DNA from: a virus
Lineage: Duplodnaviria > Heunggongvirae > Uroviricota > Caudoviricetes
IMG/VR virus record: IMGVR_UViG_3300017989_000052
Length of the DNA: 60,666 nucleotides
Direction: 5' to 3' (one strand)
Shown piece by piece: positions 18,968 to 28,784 of this stretch. How positions within the stretch are numbered: position 1 is the stretch's first letter; every line of letters begins with the position of its first letter. The notes beneath the pieces are model-generated. The model saw nothing but the letters and a program-made list of their open reading frames with translations, did no database searches and was not told where the DNA came from. The position numbers and the translations under genes are program-made.

Positions 18968-19876
18968 ATGGAACTAAATTTAACGTTTGAGCTTAAAGAC
19001 GCCCATATAGTAGAGGCAATTCGGATAGAAGAAAATAGGCTAGGCCCTAAAAAGATAAAATTCTGGGCATCCCCGTGCCTTGCAAAACTTTCGTTAACAT
19101 CCGACGGTAATATAAAAGCAGGAATTCCAATCATCTACCAAGTTAATCGGGCATATTACCGGGCTGCTACTCTTGAAACCTTTTTTCTATTGCCGGAACA
19201 AGAAGATTCCCGCCTAGACAGCATCCGTCTTCGGGGGGTAAGAAAAACAAAAAGGGTAGAGGCTTTTCTTACTTCAAAAGACCGAGAGTTAGCTACACTT
19301 GTTAAACAAATATCTAGTAACGAAATTCAGCCCAAAACGGCAACACCCGATCCTTCTAAATATTTTAGGTCGGTGGGTCAAATGGCAGCAGAGCTTAAGA
19401 GCCATATAGATCAAGCTTTTATTGTTGCTTCAGCGGAAACAGAAGCCTGGGGGGAATTTGAAATGCAGCTTGCGTGGGAACTACCATCTATTAAGCTCGG
19501 GATGCAGTTCCGCCTCCCGCTAGACCCGATAAAAGAATCAGTAAAGCTTGTGAAAACTGCAAATAGGGCCTTCAAAGACCTCTTAAAAGATTTGAAACCG
19601 GTAGCAGACAAGGTAGAGACTTATTTAGATTTAGAGATGCTGCCAGACGAAGAAGAAACAAGTTTTCTAATTTCAATTGTTCCAAAAGGGCTCAACTGGT
19701 ACGCTGTTATCAGAAAGCCCAGTTGGAATGAAGTTCTGGTGCGATATAGAAAAGCTCTCCCCGTGATTATTGAAGTTTGTTCACGAAAAAAACGTGCCAG
19801 CGCCCTGCAGGGAGTAGTTGAATTTAACCTTGACACAAACAATGGGTTGGAAGGTCTTAAGAAACTTATATCATGA
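18968..19876 (+). CDS. LTH-tag protein (internal tag), paralogue of 37557-38549
   Basis: IPIIYQVN, KYFR, RVEAFLTSKDRELATLVKQI. Confidence 0.75.
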   Translation: MELNLTFELKDAHIVEAIRIEENRLGPKKIKFWASPCLAKLSLTSDGNIKAGIPIIYQVNRAYYRAATLETFFLLPEQEDSRLDSIRLRGVRKTKRVEAFLTSKDRELATLVKQISSNEIQPKTATPDPSKYFRSVGQMAAELKSHIDQAFIVASAETEAWGEFEMQLAWELPSIKLGMQFRLPLDPIKESVKLVKTANRAFKDLLKDLKPVADKVETYLDLEMLPDEEETSFLISIVPKGLNWYAVIRKPSWNEVLVRYRKALPVIIEVCSRKKRASALQGVVEFNLDTNNGLEGLKKLIS

Positions 19877-20310
19877 TAAAAATTACCGCTAAACAATATA
19901 ATCTTGGGTTGGAGGCTGCTAGTAGAAGCCCAATACAAGAAACAGTGGGGTATTTTTTGATAAAGCGAGAGGAATTCCAATCATATGGAGCCGGGTTTGT
20001 AATCTCCATTCTTGAGGAGACAATCTCCAACTGCTCAGCGACTTTTGAATTAACTTCGATAAACCTATCTGAGATCTATTTAAGTGGTATGCGTTTCGTC
20101 ACCCAAATTATAGGAAATTTTATATATGATATGTATGATAACTATAAGCTTCCCACAACAACGTTTTTCATTGTTGAAGGGGAAGAAATCCATTGGAATA
20201 GATCTCAAAAGCTTGAGCACTTTTTAACCGACGAAGATCCCGATTTAAGGCACACAGCAAAGCAGTTCCAGCAAGCTTTCAAAAATGGACCCCGAGAAAG
20301 GAACGTATGA
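19873..20310 (+). CDS. LTH-tag protein (C-terminal tag)
   Basis: KLEHFLTDEDPDLRHTAKQF. Confidence 0.8.
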   Translation: MIKITAKQYNLGLEAASRSPIQETVGYFLIKREEFQSYGAGFVISILEETISNCSATFELTSINLSEIYLSGMRFVTQIIGNFIYDMYDNYKLPTTTFFIVEGEEIHWNRSQKLEHFLTDEDPDLRHTAKQFQQAFKNGPRERNV

Positions 20311-20612
20311 TGGACCTGACCAAACTATACCAACTCATTCGTGACAGGAAGGTAGATGAAGCGTTAGACGTTATCTACGCCCAGATGGACGAGCTTTTCA
20401 AAACAGGAAAATTTAACCAGGTCGACACCATTCTCGAAAATGTGGATTTCGGGCAATTAGATCTTGACACTCAATTAGGGTTTCTCACAGCTACATTGGC
20501 TGCGAAAGAATATCTTAAGAAGCGCGAAGCTTTCTTTCAAAAAGTAAAACGATTTGTTGAAACAACGGAACCCAGAGAGACGCAAAAAGGGCTCTTAGAT
20601 GGTCTAAGGTAG
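20307..20612 (+). CDS. hypothetical all-helical protein
   Basis: Coupled ORF. Confidence 0.65.
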   Translation: MMDLTKLYQLIRDRKVDEALDVIYAQMDELFKTGKFNQVDTILENVDFGQLDLDTQLGFLTATLAAKEYLKKREAFFQKVKRFVETTEPRETQKGLLDGLR

Positions 20613-20619
20613 GAGAGGG

Positions 20620-20928
20620 ATGCTGATGGTGTTTTTCACATCGACAATAGGAACATTATTATTGACCGTAGGGGTTGGAGATGATTATTTCTTCCTATTC
20701 CGGGATACTTCTGAGAAATGGTCTTGGTGTAAATTTCGGTCCCGACCAGATTATCTAACAAAAGAATATTCTTGGGCCGAGGTTCCCCCTGAAGCCTTAG
20801 TAACCCATCGGTTTCGATTAATTCGGAACATAGCAAAGTTAGCAATCCGAAACCCCAAGGTTCTAGAGCAGCATCTTTTATGCGGAGAAGCCTACTCTGT
20901 TATGGGTAAGAATAATGGAAACAATTAA
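20620..20928 (+). CDS. LTH-tag protein
   Basis: PPEALVTHRFRLIRNIAKLAI. Confidence 0.75.
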   Translation: MLMVFFTSTIGTLLLTVGVGDDYFFLFRDTSEKWSWCKFRSRPDYLTKEYSWAEVPPEALVTHRFRLIRNIAKLAIRNPKVLEQHLLCGEAYSVMGKNNGNN

Positions 20929-21310
20929 ACTATATTTCTTCCGCCGCCGCAAAGTAAAGATCAACAAATCCGGATCTTTTCACGAATCCATTTTTGCGAT
21001 TAAACATGCAAATTGCCCCGAATTGGAACCTTATGGTTTAGACATCCCAACGATAAAAGTTTTCGAGGTGTGGGCTACCTTAAAAGGAGGAAGCCTTGAG
21101 TATGACTATAGTTGGAGAGTGCAAAGGCACTTGCCCAAATCAGTCTATACCGAATGCACCCCCGCCGAAATACTAACAAGCGAATACCCTGAAGCCCGAA
21201 AAATAATCCAATTGTTTCTTAAAGACGAGCATCGTTTCCGCGAAAAACATTTCTTGCCACCAATTCTGCAAATCGACGCCCGGATCAGCTCGAAATGGAA
21301 AAAAGTATGA
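20915..21310 (+). CDS. LTH-tag protein
   Basis: PAEILTSEYPEARKIIQLFL. Confidence 0.7.
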   Translation: METIKLYFFRRRKVKINKSGSFHESIFAIKHANCPELEPYGLDIPTIKVFEVWATLKGGSLEYDYSWRVQRHLPKSVYTECTPAEILTSEYPEARKIIQLFLKDEHRFREKHFLPPILQIDARISSKWKKV

Positions 21311-22164
21311 AAATTACGGTTAACTTAGAAGATTGTATCGATCTAGACCCGGAGGAACAAAACCTGCTTCGGGGTCTTAAATTTCTAGAATCTGTTGAGA
21401 TTGAAATTGATTCTTTTCTTGAACTTATAATCAAGCAAGGTTGGCAAAACCAGTCTATTTTTTCAAAAATTTACAAGAAGTACGCGAAGGATAACCCTAC
21501 TGTTAAAGCGAAATTCCTAAAAGTTCCTACCTTGCCTTATGAAATCTCTCAGGATCTAATTAAAAAGGCAACCATAAAACAAATAGAAGAGAACCTGCCC
21601 TTTCTTGATGGACTGATTTGGACTGCACGTGATCTTGTAAGGGAATTAGTAGAAAGAACTAAAAATAGAACAATTTTGGGAAAAGTTTATGCGGAACTTC
21701 TAAAAGACCCCCAAGCTCTTCAGCTGCGTGCCAGTGTTGTAGCGAAGTATCCAAAGATTGGGCTTACTGATCCAAATCCTTATATAAGGGCTATCGCCCG
21801 AGACACAGCAATAATAGACCAAGACCTTAGCGAGGTTGCAGCAGAAAAGATGTTTCTGTTTTTAAGAGATAAATATCCGAAGTGGATTCTTAATAAAAGG
21901 GAACGGGACAGCAATTTTCAAGTATATTCGGGAAACGTCCATTTCTACTTGCAGTCGGAAAAATTGGATAGTTTTACGTTAAGGTTTTTGATTAATACGA
22001 AAAGGAAAACAAGTATTACTCACCCTAACAAAAGTTCGGAACTTTTCCTCCACAAAAAAAATATAGTTAATGTTTTAAGGGGAAAAATGGTTTGTACCTT
22101 TGCATCATGGGAAGACGATCTGCAATGGTTTATAGATAAATGGAACAGAATCTATATTACCTAG
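21295..22164 (+). CDS. LTH-tag protein (internal tag)
   Basis: KIGLTDPNPYIRAIARDT. Confidence 0.7.
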   Translation: MEKSMKITVNLEDCIDLDPEEQNLLRGLKFLESVEIEIDSFLELIIKQGWQNQSIFSKIYKKYAKDNPTVKAKFLKVPTLPYEISQDLIKKATIKQIEENLPFLDGLIWTARDLVRELVERTKNRTILGKVYAELLKDPQALQLRASVVAKYPKIGLTDPNPYIRAIARDTAIIDQDLSEVAAEKMFLFLRDKYPKWILNKRERDSNFQVYSGNVHFYLQSEKLDSFTLRFLINTKRKTSITHPNKSSELFLHKKNIVNVLRGKMVCTFASWEDDLQWFIDKWNRIYIT

Positions 22165-22192
22165 ACCAACTGGAAACTTAATTGGATCTGCT

Positions 22193-22543
22193 ATGCTTTT
22201 TTTTCATGGAACCAAACCCGAAAATTGGGAGCGAATACAAGCAGAAGGAGTCTTATGGGGTTGGCCGTGTCCTCGGTGTTATCCAGAAACTCGCGGATGT
22301 AAAAAGCCACAATCCCGAAACGCTTGTCGCTATACCTATTTAACCCCAGACCTTGCTGTTGCTAAAACATATGGATCAATTATATTGGAAGTTGAATATG
22401 ACCCCATAGGGGCAGGAACAGGAATTGATAATTATGGCTTTGACCCTCCCCCCGGACAATATTGCTGGCAATTCTCGGTATTCAAGCCAATTCCTTTATC
22501 TCAAGTGAAAATCTATGAACTGGGACTAAAATGTACGAGGTAA
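22193..22543 (+). CDS. ADP-ribosyltransferase-like protein
   Basis: FFHGT ... TYLTPDLAVAKTYG ... ILEV. Confidence 0.5.
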   Translation: MLFFHGTKPENWERIQAEGVLWGWPCPRCYPETRGCKKPQSRNACRYTYLTPDLAVAKTYGSIILEVEYDPIGAGTGIDNYGFDPPPGQYCWQFSVFKPIPLSQVKIYELGLKCTR

Positions 22544-22896
22544 CAATCACTTTTAACAGCTCTCTGCTTTCAGAAACGCTTTTTCTTGAAGAAAAACCGG
22601 AAGAAGATGAATTACTATTAAGAATGCTAGATATGGCATCAGAGGGGGATTATTATCATCCCATAGTGAAAATCATAGAACTTAAGGTGCAGTCCAAAAA
22701 AGAAGGGAGTCTTTCAGGCAGTATAACTATCTACGAGGAAGACGACGATGCCATAGAAAATTGGGATTTCCTGGTTACCGTTGATCCCTGTATTATAGAG
22801 GAACTCAATCCATGTAAAGCTTATCTAACACATAGAGATGTAAAAATTAGGGAAATAGCAAGGCAGGCAATAAAAAATGGCACAACCCTTAGCTGA
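22531..22896 (+). CDS. LTH-tag protein (PxxxE subfamily)
   Basis: KPEEDELLLRML; CKAYLTHRDVKIREIARQAI. Confidence 0.8.
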   Translation: MYEVTITFNSSLLSETLFLEEKPEEDELLLRMLDMASEGDYYHPIVKIIELKVQSKKEGSLSGSITIYEEDDDAIENWDFLVTVDPCIIEELNPCKAYLTHRDVKIREIARQAIKNGTTLS

Positions 22897-23209
22897 TATA
22901 CTCACAAATAAAGATAGAAGTATACGTAACTTTGCGAAGCGTATATTGTCCTATACCGAATTCGGATTTGAGATTGGAAAACTCGCTAAAGGGACTTCTA
23001 TTCATGCTGTTGTAACAAGAGATTATGCTTATGTGGTCTACCCCCGATACTTTGTTGATACCTGGAAGATAGAAATTCAAAAGGGTGGAAAAGTTGTTTG
23101 GGATGCGTTTGGGAATCAAGAAACTAAAGATGTTTTTAAGGCGCTTGATGAGTTAACTTGGGAATTTGAGGGGATCGAATTCCATCGATTCATATATAAC
23201 TATATCTAA
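22877..23209 (+). CDS. LTH-tag protein (N-terminal tag)
   Basis: PLADILTNKDRSIRNFAKRIL. Confidence 0.75.
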   Translation: MAQPLADILTNKDRSIRNFAKRILSYTEFGFEIGKLAKGTSIHAVVTRDYAYVVYPRYFVDTWKIEIQKGGKVVWDAFGNQETKDVFKALDELTWEFEGIEFHRFIYNYI

Positions 23210-23219
23210 GGAGAAAGCA

Positions 23220-23513
23220 ATGGAAGCCCCTAAAGAAAAATTTGAAAGACTTGCGAGCGTCTGGGAAGAAAGAACTCAGTTTCTTAGTGATGGAGGAACC
23301 CAAGATCCGCTTTATAAAGAAATAACGGAGATGGGCGAAGACGTTGTCCCCTTAATGTTACAAGATTTTGTTCATGGGCGGTACCGACACTGGTTCAAGG
23401 CGCTTTATGACATCACAAAGGAATCCCCGATTACCAACGATATAAGGGGAAGAGTGAAGCTAATGGCGAAAGCCTGGATTGCGTGGGGAAAAGAAAAAGG
23501 GTACCTTTCATGA
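23220..23513 (+). CDS. hypothetical helical protein
   Basis: AAGGAG RBS; KFERLASVW...MGEDVVPL...WFKAL...WIAWG. Confidence 0.7.
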   Translation: MEAPKEKFERLASVWEERTQFLSDGGTQDPLYKEITEMGEDVVPLMLQDFVHGRYRHWFKALYDITKESPITNDIRGRVKLMAKAWIAWGKEKGYLS

Positions 23514-23860
23514 AATTTTATTGTGTACAAATAGAATTACAATATAACCGAGTTCGGGAATATCTCCTTGATTCCCCACCAACAGACGAAAAATTAAAAA
23601 TGTTGTTCCTTGAAGCAATTCTAAGAGACCCCTTTGACCTAGAGTGTTTGAGAAGGAATCCCCTATACCCACATTGGGAAAACATTATCATTATAGGGAG
23701 AAACCCTAAAGAGCGTGGGGAGTTTGAAGCGATTAGGGACAAATCCCCCGGAACGGTCATTGCAAGTTTCAGGATTCAAGCACTCGAACCGTATAAGGAA
23801 AAAATAGAGAGGTTTCTTACCCATAAAGAGCCCTTCGTCCGAAAGGTAGCAAGACAATGA
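23510..23860 (+). CDS. LTH-tag protein (PxxxE subfamily)
   Basis: PPTDEKLKMLFL; KIERFLTHKEPFVRKVARQ*. Confidence 0.8.
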   Translation: MKFYCVQIELQYNRVREYLLDSPPTDEKLKMLFLEAILRDPFDLECLRRNPLYPHWENIIIIGRNPKERGEFEAIRDKSPGTVIASFRIQALEPYKEKIERFLTHKEPFVRKVARQ

Positions 23861-23869
23861 TCGGATTGG

Positions 23870-24394
23870 ATGAAAAAACTTTAATTAAGCGGGCAAAAAC
23901 CCTATTGCCTTTACGTCCGCACCTTCATTTATACACCCGAACATCTTAACGGGGATCCGGAAGAAAATAATCCTACCCCTTGGTTTTATTTTGAGAGGAT
24001 TCCATCTCCCGAAGAACTTATGGCCTTTTGTCTCCAGCATGATCTTTTTGGATTTAAGGATAATTATGGTCGAATCGAAAACGTTTTTGTTATAACCTAC
24101 AAGACCCATAACGAGATCAGAAGCCAAATACTGAAAGCATATGAAAACCTAACAGGGGAAAGGCCAGCTTTCCAATTCTGCTGCATGCCTTATAAAGAAA
24201 ACGATTATGGGATATTTTTGCTTAAGGACGAGTATGGGGAAATCAGCATTGATTACCGTTTTTTAAGGGTCAAACAATTAGAAAACTGGCAATATAAAAG
24301 CAGTAAGGAGTTGCAAGCTTCTAACCCAAAACAGTTTTTAACTGACGAAAATCAGCTAATTCGAAAACTTATAAAGGGCGTCTTAGGTGCCTAA
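23870..24394 (+). pseudogene. LTH-tag gene with one in-frame TAA near the 5' end
   Basis: ATG AAA AAA CTT TAA(23882-23884), then open: ...IPSPEELMAFCL...NPKQFLTDENQLIRKLIKGVL. Confidence 0.55.
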
Positions 24395-24409
24395 GAATAA
24401 TTCTTTAGT

Positions 24410-24448
24410 TTTCCTACGTTAAACCTTGGGTTTTCATATTATAAAGGA
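24410..24448 (+). promoter_or_regulatory. putative phage promoter
   Basis: TTAAACCTTGGGGTTTTCATATTATAAAGG. Confidence 0.55.
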
Positions 24449-24487
24449 TACCCCAAATTAGGGTTTAAGGGTCCCCAATAAGAGGAG

Positions 24488-24736
24488 ATGAAAGTGGACA
24501 AGCTCACCAAATACTATGATCTGGCAGACGGGCTTCATGAAGAGATCACTCAGGCGGAGCTTAACCAGGTGGGCTCAATGTCGCAGGAAATCCATATGTT
24601 GAAGCACCGCTTCTGTGTCGCAGTTGTCCTATGGATCACGGAACTCAAAGAGTCGGACGATCCATGGGAAATGCTGCAGAAGGCAAACCCCGATCCGGAT
24701 ATGTATGTCAAATGCCGCACGGCAATGTACTCCTAA
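24488..24736 (+). CDS. hypothetical protein
   Basis: GAGGAG RBS. Confidence 0.65.
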   Translation: MKVDKLTKYYDLADGLHEEITQAELNQVGSMSQEIHMLKHRFCVAVVLWITELKESDDPWEMLQKANPDPDMYVKCRTAMYS

Positions 24737-24758
24737 CCACACTAGCCCTTAATTTAAT

Positions 24759-25097
24759 ATGCAGTGGGAAACGATTCAAGATAAGCTTGTTAGAGCAACC
24801 CCTGGACTTGTCTCATGCCTTATTCAGGAAGATGACGGGAATTTGGTCTGGACCGGGCAGTTTGATACTGCCGACAAGGCAATCTCCTTTTTGAAAAAAC
24901 AGATCGAGGAAGATCTTGATTTTGAAAAGCTTGTAAAAGAGTGGGAGTTGGTTGGGCTTGATGGAGATTGGCCCGATTGGTATGAGGCCGCTTTCGGTAC
25001 ATGTTTTCTTGAATCACATTATCTTGATGACCTTGACCTCTACGAGGTTGTCTGGATTGATGGGACACCCCAAGATTTTATGGGGGCGGCCGAATGA
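24759..25097 (+). CDS. acidic hypothetical protein
   Basis: ORF in operon. Confidence 0.6.
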   Translation: MQWETIQDKLVRATPGLVSCLIQEDDGNLVWTGQFDTADKAISFLKKQIEEDLDFEKLVKEWELVGLDGDWPDWYEAAFGTCFLESHYLDDLDLYEVVWIDGTPQDFMGAAE

Positions 25098-25423
25098 GAA
25101 AATACGAGCCTCCCCGAATTATTGAATACGCGGAGCTGTTAAAGAAAGCGACGAATAAGGTCGAAGAACTATCCGCAAGGATTTCGATACTTCCGTTGCC
25201 TGTCCCGGAGCTCCGCGATATCTCAATCGACCGAATCACGCCGTTTGCCGCACCACGCGTATTTCCCCTCTTGGAAGACTATTTGAAGTCCTTTGTAGTG
25301 GTAGACGCCAACGAAGGGCGACCGCCTAAAAAGAAAAAGGGACATATAAAGAAAAAGAAGAAGAAACTAGAGGCGAAACCAAAACTAGACGGGAAAGCAG
25401 CAAACCGAAAGAAAAGAAAATGA
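25094..25423 (+). CDS. hypothetical protein with Lys-rich tail
   Basis: Coupled ORF. Confidence 0.6.
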   Translation: MRKYEPPRIIEYAELLKKATNKVEELSARISILPLPVPELRDISIDRITPFAAPRVFPLLEDYLKSFVVVDANEGRPPKKKKGHIKKKKKKLEAKPKLDGKAANRKKRK

Positions 25424-25647
25424 TTTATTCCTTAACCTTCCACACACGGATCCTGGAGCAAATCGTTTATGCCCAGGCGAGCTCTAGGGACGAAGCGAAG
25501 GCAAAGGCGGTACACAAGGTCGAAAAAGTATTCATCCTTATAAAATGTACCGCCCTAGCAGACAACCTTGATGAACTGGACCCGGAAGAAAGAGCCCTAT
25601 TCGACACGGATGGGGTTGCAGTTTTTGCCCCCGAGGCGCTACGTTAG
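25420..25647 (+). CDS. hypothetical protein
   Basis: Coupled ORF. Confidence 0.6.
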   Translation: MIYSLTFHTRILEQIVYAQASSRDEAKAKAVHKVEKVFILIKCTALADNLDELDPEERALFDTDGVAVFAPEALR

Positions 25648-25658
25648 AAAGAACTAAG

Positions 25659-25943
25659 ATGACAGTACAAAAAATAGTTTACGTAGACCCCGAGACCTTT
25701 ATGGCGCACAAGGGAGTTGTTGTCTACCATTGTTACAAAGACGATATGGTCAATTCTGGGGAAAGGACCTATATTTACACCGTTGATAAGGAAAATGGTG
25801 GGGACAGCCACAATTCCTTTGATGTGCGGAACCTTCCTTATTTTAAGGGCCATGGCGCTCAGTTTGGTCTGGAACTTTCAGAAATCCGGATGGCGATCCG
25901 CGACGCGATCGATAAAGGGATTGATTTATTGAAAGTACGTTAG
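25659..25943 (+). CDS. hypothetical protein
   Basis: ORF in operon. Confidence 0.65.
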   Translation: MTVQKIVYVDPETFMAHKGVVVYHCYKDDMVNSGERTYIYTVDKENGGDSHNSFDVRNLPYFKGHGAQFGLELSEIRMAIRDAIDKGIDLLKVR

Positions 25944-26017
25944 GATTAACCTAAAAGAATCTCTCATATAACAAAAGGATTTCACTATATAATAATTAAC
26001 CCAAGTCTGGGGCCTCT

Positions 26018-26374
26018 TTGTTTCCTTCGGAGAAATGCATGCATCACATCGGGCACTACATCCAAGCAGAGGTTCGTGAATTGATCAGTTTCGAAGCGCG
26101 GACGGCGGAGAGGGTAGCTCACGAAGTAATAACCCGGTATGGGGGTTATTTTCATGCTGCTGTGGATACATTTTTCGAAGAGCAGGGTCGCGACCCAGAA
26201 GAAGCATTGGGCCAAGAAGTGCGCGAAGCACAGATAACGGTTCGAAAAGAATGGGAAAATAAGATCCTCAACAACCCTTCACTGACAATTCTTTATGATG
26301 GTGGAAATGACCAAGTACTCGCTGTCGGAGCAGACCTAGCCAAAGTTAGCGGCACTCTTCCAGCAGAGATCTAA
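26018..26374 (+). CDS. hypothetical protein
   Basis: ORF between an AT box and a terminator; start uncertain. Confidence 0.6.
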   Translation: MFPSEKCMHHIGHYIQAEVRELISFEARTAERVAHEVITRYGGYFHAAVDTFFEEQGRDPEEALGQEVREAQITVRKEWENKILNNPSLTILYDGGNDQVLAVGADLAKVSGTLPAEI

Positions 26375-26383
26375 AGTATAAAA

Positions 26384-26412
26384 GAAAAAGAGTTGTGACC
26401 CAGCTCTTTTTC
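26384..26412 (+). terminator. intrinsic terminator
   Basis: GAAAAAGAG-TTGTGACCCAG-CTCTTTTTC. Confidence 0.7.
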
Positions 26413-26468
26413 GCCCATGATATATAATCAGCGAGAGAAACAGGCTTACCAAGGTTTTTAGGCCAAAA

Positions 26469-26861
26469 ATGGAAAACGGTAGAGAAAGAAGATATAGGGT
26501 AATTGCTAGAGACTTAGAGGGTCTTTATAGTTATAATTATCTACGGACACACGAGCATAGTGTCGTTTATTTATGTGAAAGATATTTTCTTATTTTTAAC
26601 CTAAGCCTAAAATTCCGTCCTGCTGGATATCCAACTTGGTTCAAGCTAACTTACTATATTGGAAAAATCTTTCAACACCCACTGATAAACCCATATCCCT
26701 TTTTCGATAAACATCTTAAAAGATGGGGGTACCAAGGGCTAAAACGGATTAGGGCAGAAAGCTTATTAACAGCAAAATGCCTCCAAAGGCGTCGTTGGGC
26801 GAAAACCTATATCAGGACAAACGACCCTCTTGGACTTTTAGGGACAGGGGAAGGCGAATGA
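26469..26861 (+). CDS. LTH-tag protein
   Basis: RAESLLTAKCLQRRRWAKTYI. Confidence 0.7.
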   Translation: MENGRERRYRVIARDLEGLYSYNYLRTHEHSVVYLCERYFLIFNLSLKFRPAGYPTWFKLTYYIGKIFQHPLINPYPFFDKHLKRWGYQGLKRIRAESLLTAKCLQRRRWAKTYIRTNDPLGLLGTGEGE

Positions 26862-27520
26862 TTTACGATGCTAGCTATAAATTTAGTCCCGTAGAAGAGC
26901 TTTATATCTATTTTCTAGAAGATTATTGCTTTGTGCTCTATTGCGATTCTTCTAGCAACCCAGGGAAACCAGCGGTTATTATAGAGGCTGCAAAAAATAA
27001 AGACTATAAAGGGCGGATGGAGGAATGGTCGTATGTTGAATTTCATCTAAATTGGTATTCGATTATACGGGAGTATTGCGAGAAGGAGAAGCCAAAACAG
27101 GTAAATATAAAGAAACTCTTAACCCATAGAACTTGCCTACGGGAATTTGCTAAACATGCTATAAGAGGCACACTTATTACCGAAACTCTTGGGGAAGATC
27201 TGAAGTATTATGATAATGGTAGAATTTCGCATAACTCCTATTCTATTCGAGAAAGACTTGTGGTTGTTTTACCAATGCCGATTGAATCTGAAATACTGAG
27301 AGCTGCGAAAAAAATCACAAAACGTGTTAAAGTAGAGGACTATGATCTTAGATTTGTAGGGGTAGCCCAGAAATGGGAAAGAATATTGCTTAAAGCAAAA
27401 TGTCCTCATTTTAGCATAAGAAAGAAAGTTATGTTTGCGACAAGGCACTTAAAAGAATTAGCTATTGAACTAAATATTCCTCTATCAAAAATGCCAATTC
27501 GCCATGCAGATTACAAATAA
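26858..27520 (+). CDS. LTH-tag protein (internal tag)
   Basis: NIKKLLTHRTCLREFAKHAI; start ATG 26858 by coupling. Confidence 0.7.
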   Translation: MIYDASYKFSPVEELYIYFLEDYCFVLYCDSSSNPGKPAVIIEAAKNKDYKGRMEEWSYVEFHLNWYSIIREYCEKEKPKQVNIKKLLTHRTCLREFAKHAIRGTLITETLGEDLKYYDNGRISHNSYSIRERLVVVLPMPIESEILRAAKKITKRVKVEDYDLRFVGVAQKWERILLKAKCPHFSIRKKVMFATRHLKELAIELNIPLSKMPIRHADYK

Positions 27521-27818
27521 ACTTTGGTTAGTTACCGAAACTTACGAATCCTACGGTAACGGGATAAAAGATGAGTACTTTGTCTATCTCACAGACAATT
27601 GTGCCTTTATGATTACTGACGTAGTTGAAGATTCTCAAAATTATAAGAGCTGGTACGAAGGGATTAGGACTTTTCTTTTGACTGGGAAAGATTGCGAAAG
27701 CAATGATTATAGCTACAAAGAAATGCCCCTTCAACTACTTTTTACTCACAACTTTTCTGTTGTTCGGGACTGGGCCAAGTTTTACCTAAAAAAAGAAAAA
27801 AGCGAACTTAGGCAATAA
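27504..27818 (+). CDS. LTH-tag protein (WxxG..TGxD subfamily)
   Basis: WYEGIRTFLLTGKD...PLQLLFTHNFSVVRDWAKFYL. Confidence 0.8.
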   Translation: MQITNKLWLVTETYESYGNGIKDEYFVYLTDNCAFMITDVVEDSQNYKSWYEGIRTFLLTGKDCESNDYSYKEMPLQLLFTHNFSVVRDWAKFYLKKEKSELRQ

Positions 27819-27821
27819 ACA

Positions 27822-28214
27822 ATGAAAAGAGAAGATTTTAATAAGAAACTAAAGACTTTTGGACGGGGAAAAATCTATTTCATTAAGCTACACCCTTCCC
27901 GAGAAAGGTACCCAGACTCTTTTCAAAACTATTTTCTTTTCACTTACCGAAGTGGCTACAGGCTAGTCCGAGGACACTTCCTTTCCTATCATGGTTTTGA
28001 ATTTCCATGGCAAATTCAAAATTATAAAGATATTAAATTTATAGTTGAAGTGGATATAGAATATATTCTTCGGCAAGACACTTGGGAAAAGAAAACGGCA
28101 ATCGCAAATCTATCAAAGCCCAAGTTACTAACACATCAAAACCAGTTTTTACGAAAAACTGCGAAAGAAACACAGGCTAGATTAAAAGAGTTGAAAGGCA
28201 TTAAAAATGATTAA
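27822..28214 (+). CDS. LTH-tag protein (C-terminal tag)
   Basis: KPKLLTHQNQFLRKTAKET. Confidence 0.75.
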   Translation: MKREDFNKKLKTFGRGKIYFIKLHPSRERYPDSFQNYFLFTYRSGYRLVRGHFLSYHGFEFPWQIQNYKDIKFIVEVDIEYILRQDTWEKKTAIANLSKPKLLTHQNQFLRKTAKETQARLKELKGIKND

Positions 28215-28416
28215 GGATTCGAAAAGGCTAAAGGAGGACCTAGAAGCATACTATAGCTTAGTGGAAAAGCTAAAGGGAGAGAAGAGTTCACTTCGCCGCA
28301 CTTTGTTCAATATTCTCAGCGCATCAGGTACTATTAAGGACCAAAAGGTGCGAGAAATAATTTATGAAGAGATCGATAAAGCAATCAAGGCAACCGAGCC
28401 TAAAGAAGAATTCTAA
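28207..28416 (+). CDS. small coiled-coil hypothetical protein
   Basis: Coupled ORF. Confidence 0.55.
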   Translation: MIKDSKRLKEDLEAYYSLVEKLKGEKSSLRRTLFNILSASGTIKDQKVREIIYEEIDKAIKATEPKEEF

Positions 28417-28442
28417 ACATACCTAGATTAAAGAGATGAAAA

Positions 28443-28784
28443 ATGGGTATTTGGATAGCTACTGTCTCTTCTACTCTGCTAGAATCCACACTCGGCGTAT
28501 CACAGATTTTTAATATCCCTCCCACCGAAGAGGAACTATGGTTGTGGGCCTTAGGTAGAATTAGTGGTATGGGATGTATTATTGAAAAAATTAACCCCGA
28601 AAATGGAACTGCGCAAAATACCATGTTTAGGGTTTGGGTAAAAGGTAGTGAAAAGTGTTTTTGGGTTTTTATGGCATGTAAAGAAGCAGAAATAAAAACC
28701 CCACGATCTATAGAGGCAAGCCTCACTCACGAAGATCTCTTTATCCGTAGATTTGCGAAGCTCTTAAACAAAGACGAAGAATAA
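28443..28784 (+). CDS. LTH-tag protein (PxxxE subfamily)
   Basis: PPTEEELWLWALG; SIEASLTHEDLFIRRFAKLL. Confidence 0.8.
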   Translation: MGIWIATVSSTLLESTLGVSQIFNIPPTEEELWLWALGRISGMGCIIEKINPENGTAQNTMFRVWVKGSEKCFWVFMACKEAEIKTPRSIEASLTHEDLFIRRFAKLLNKDEE

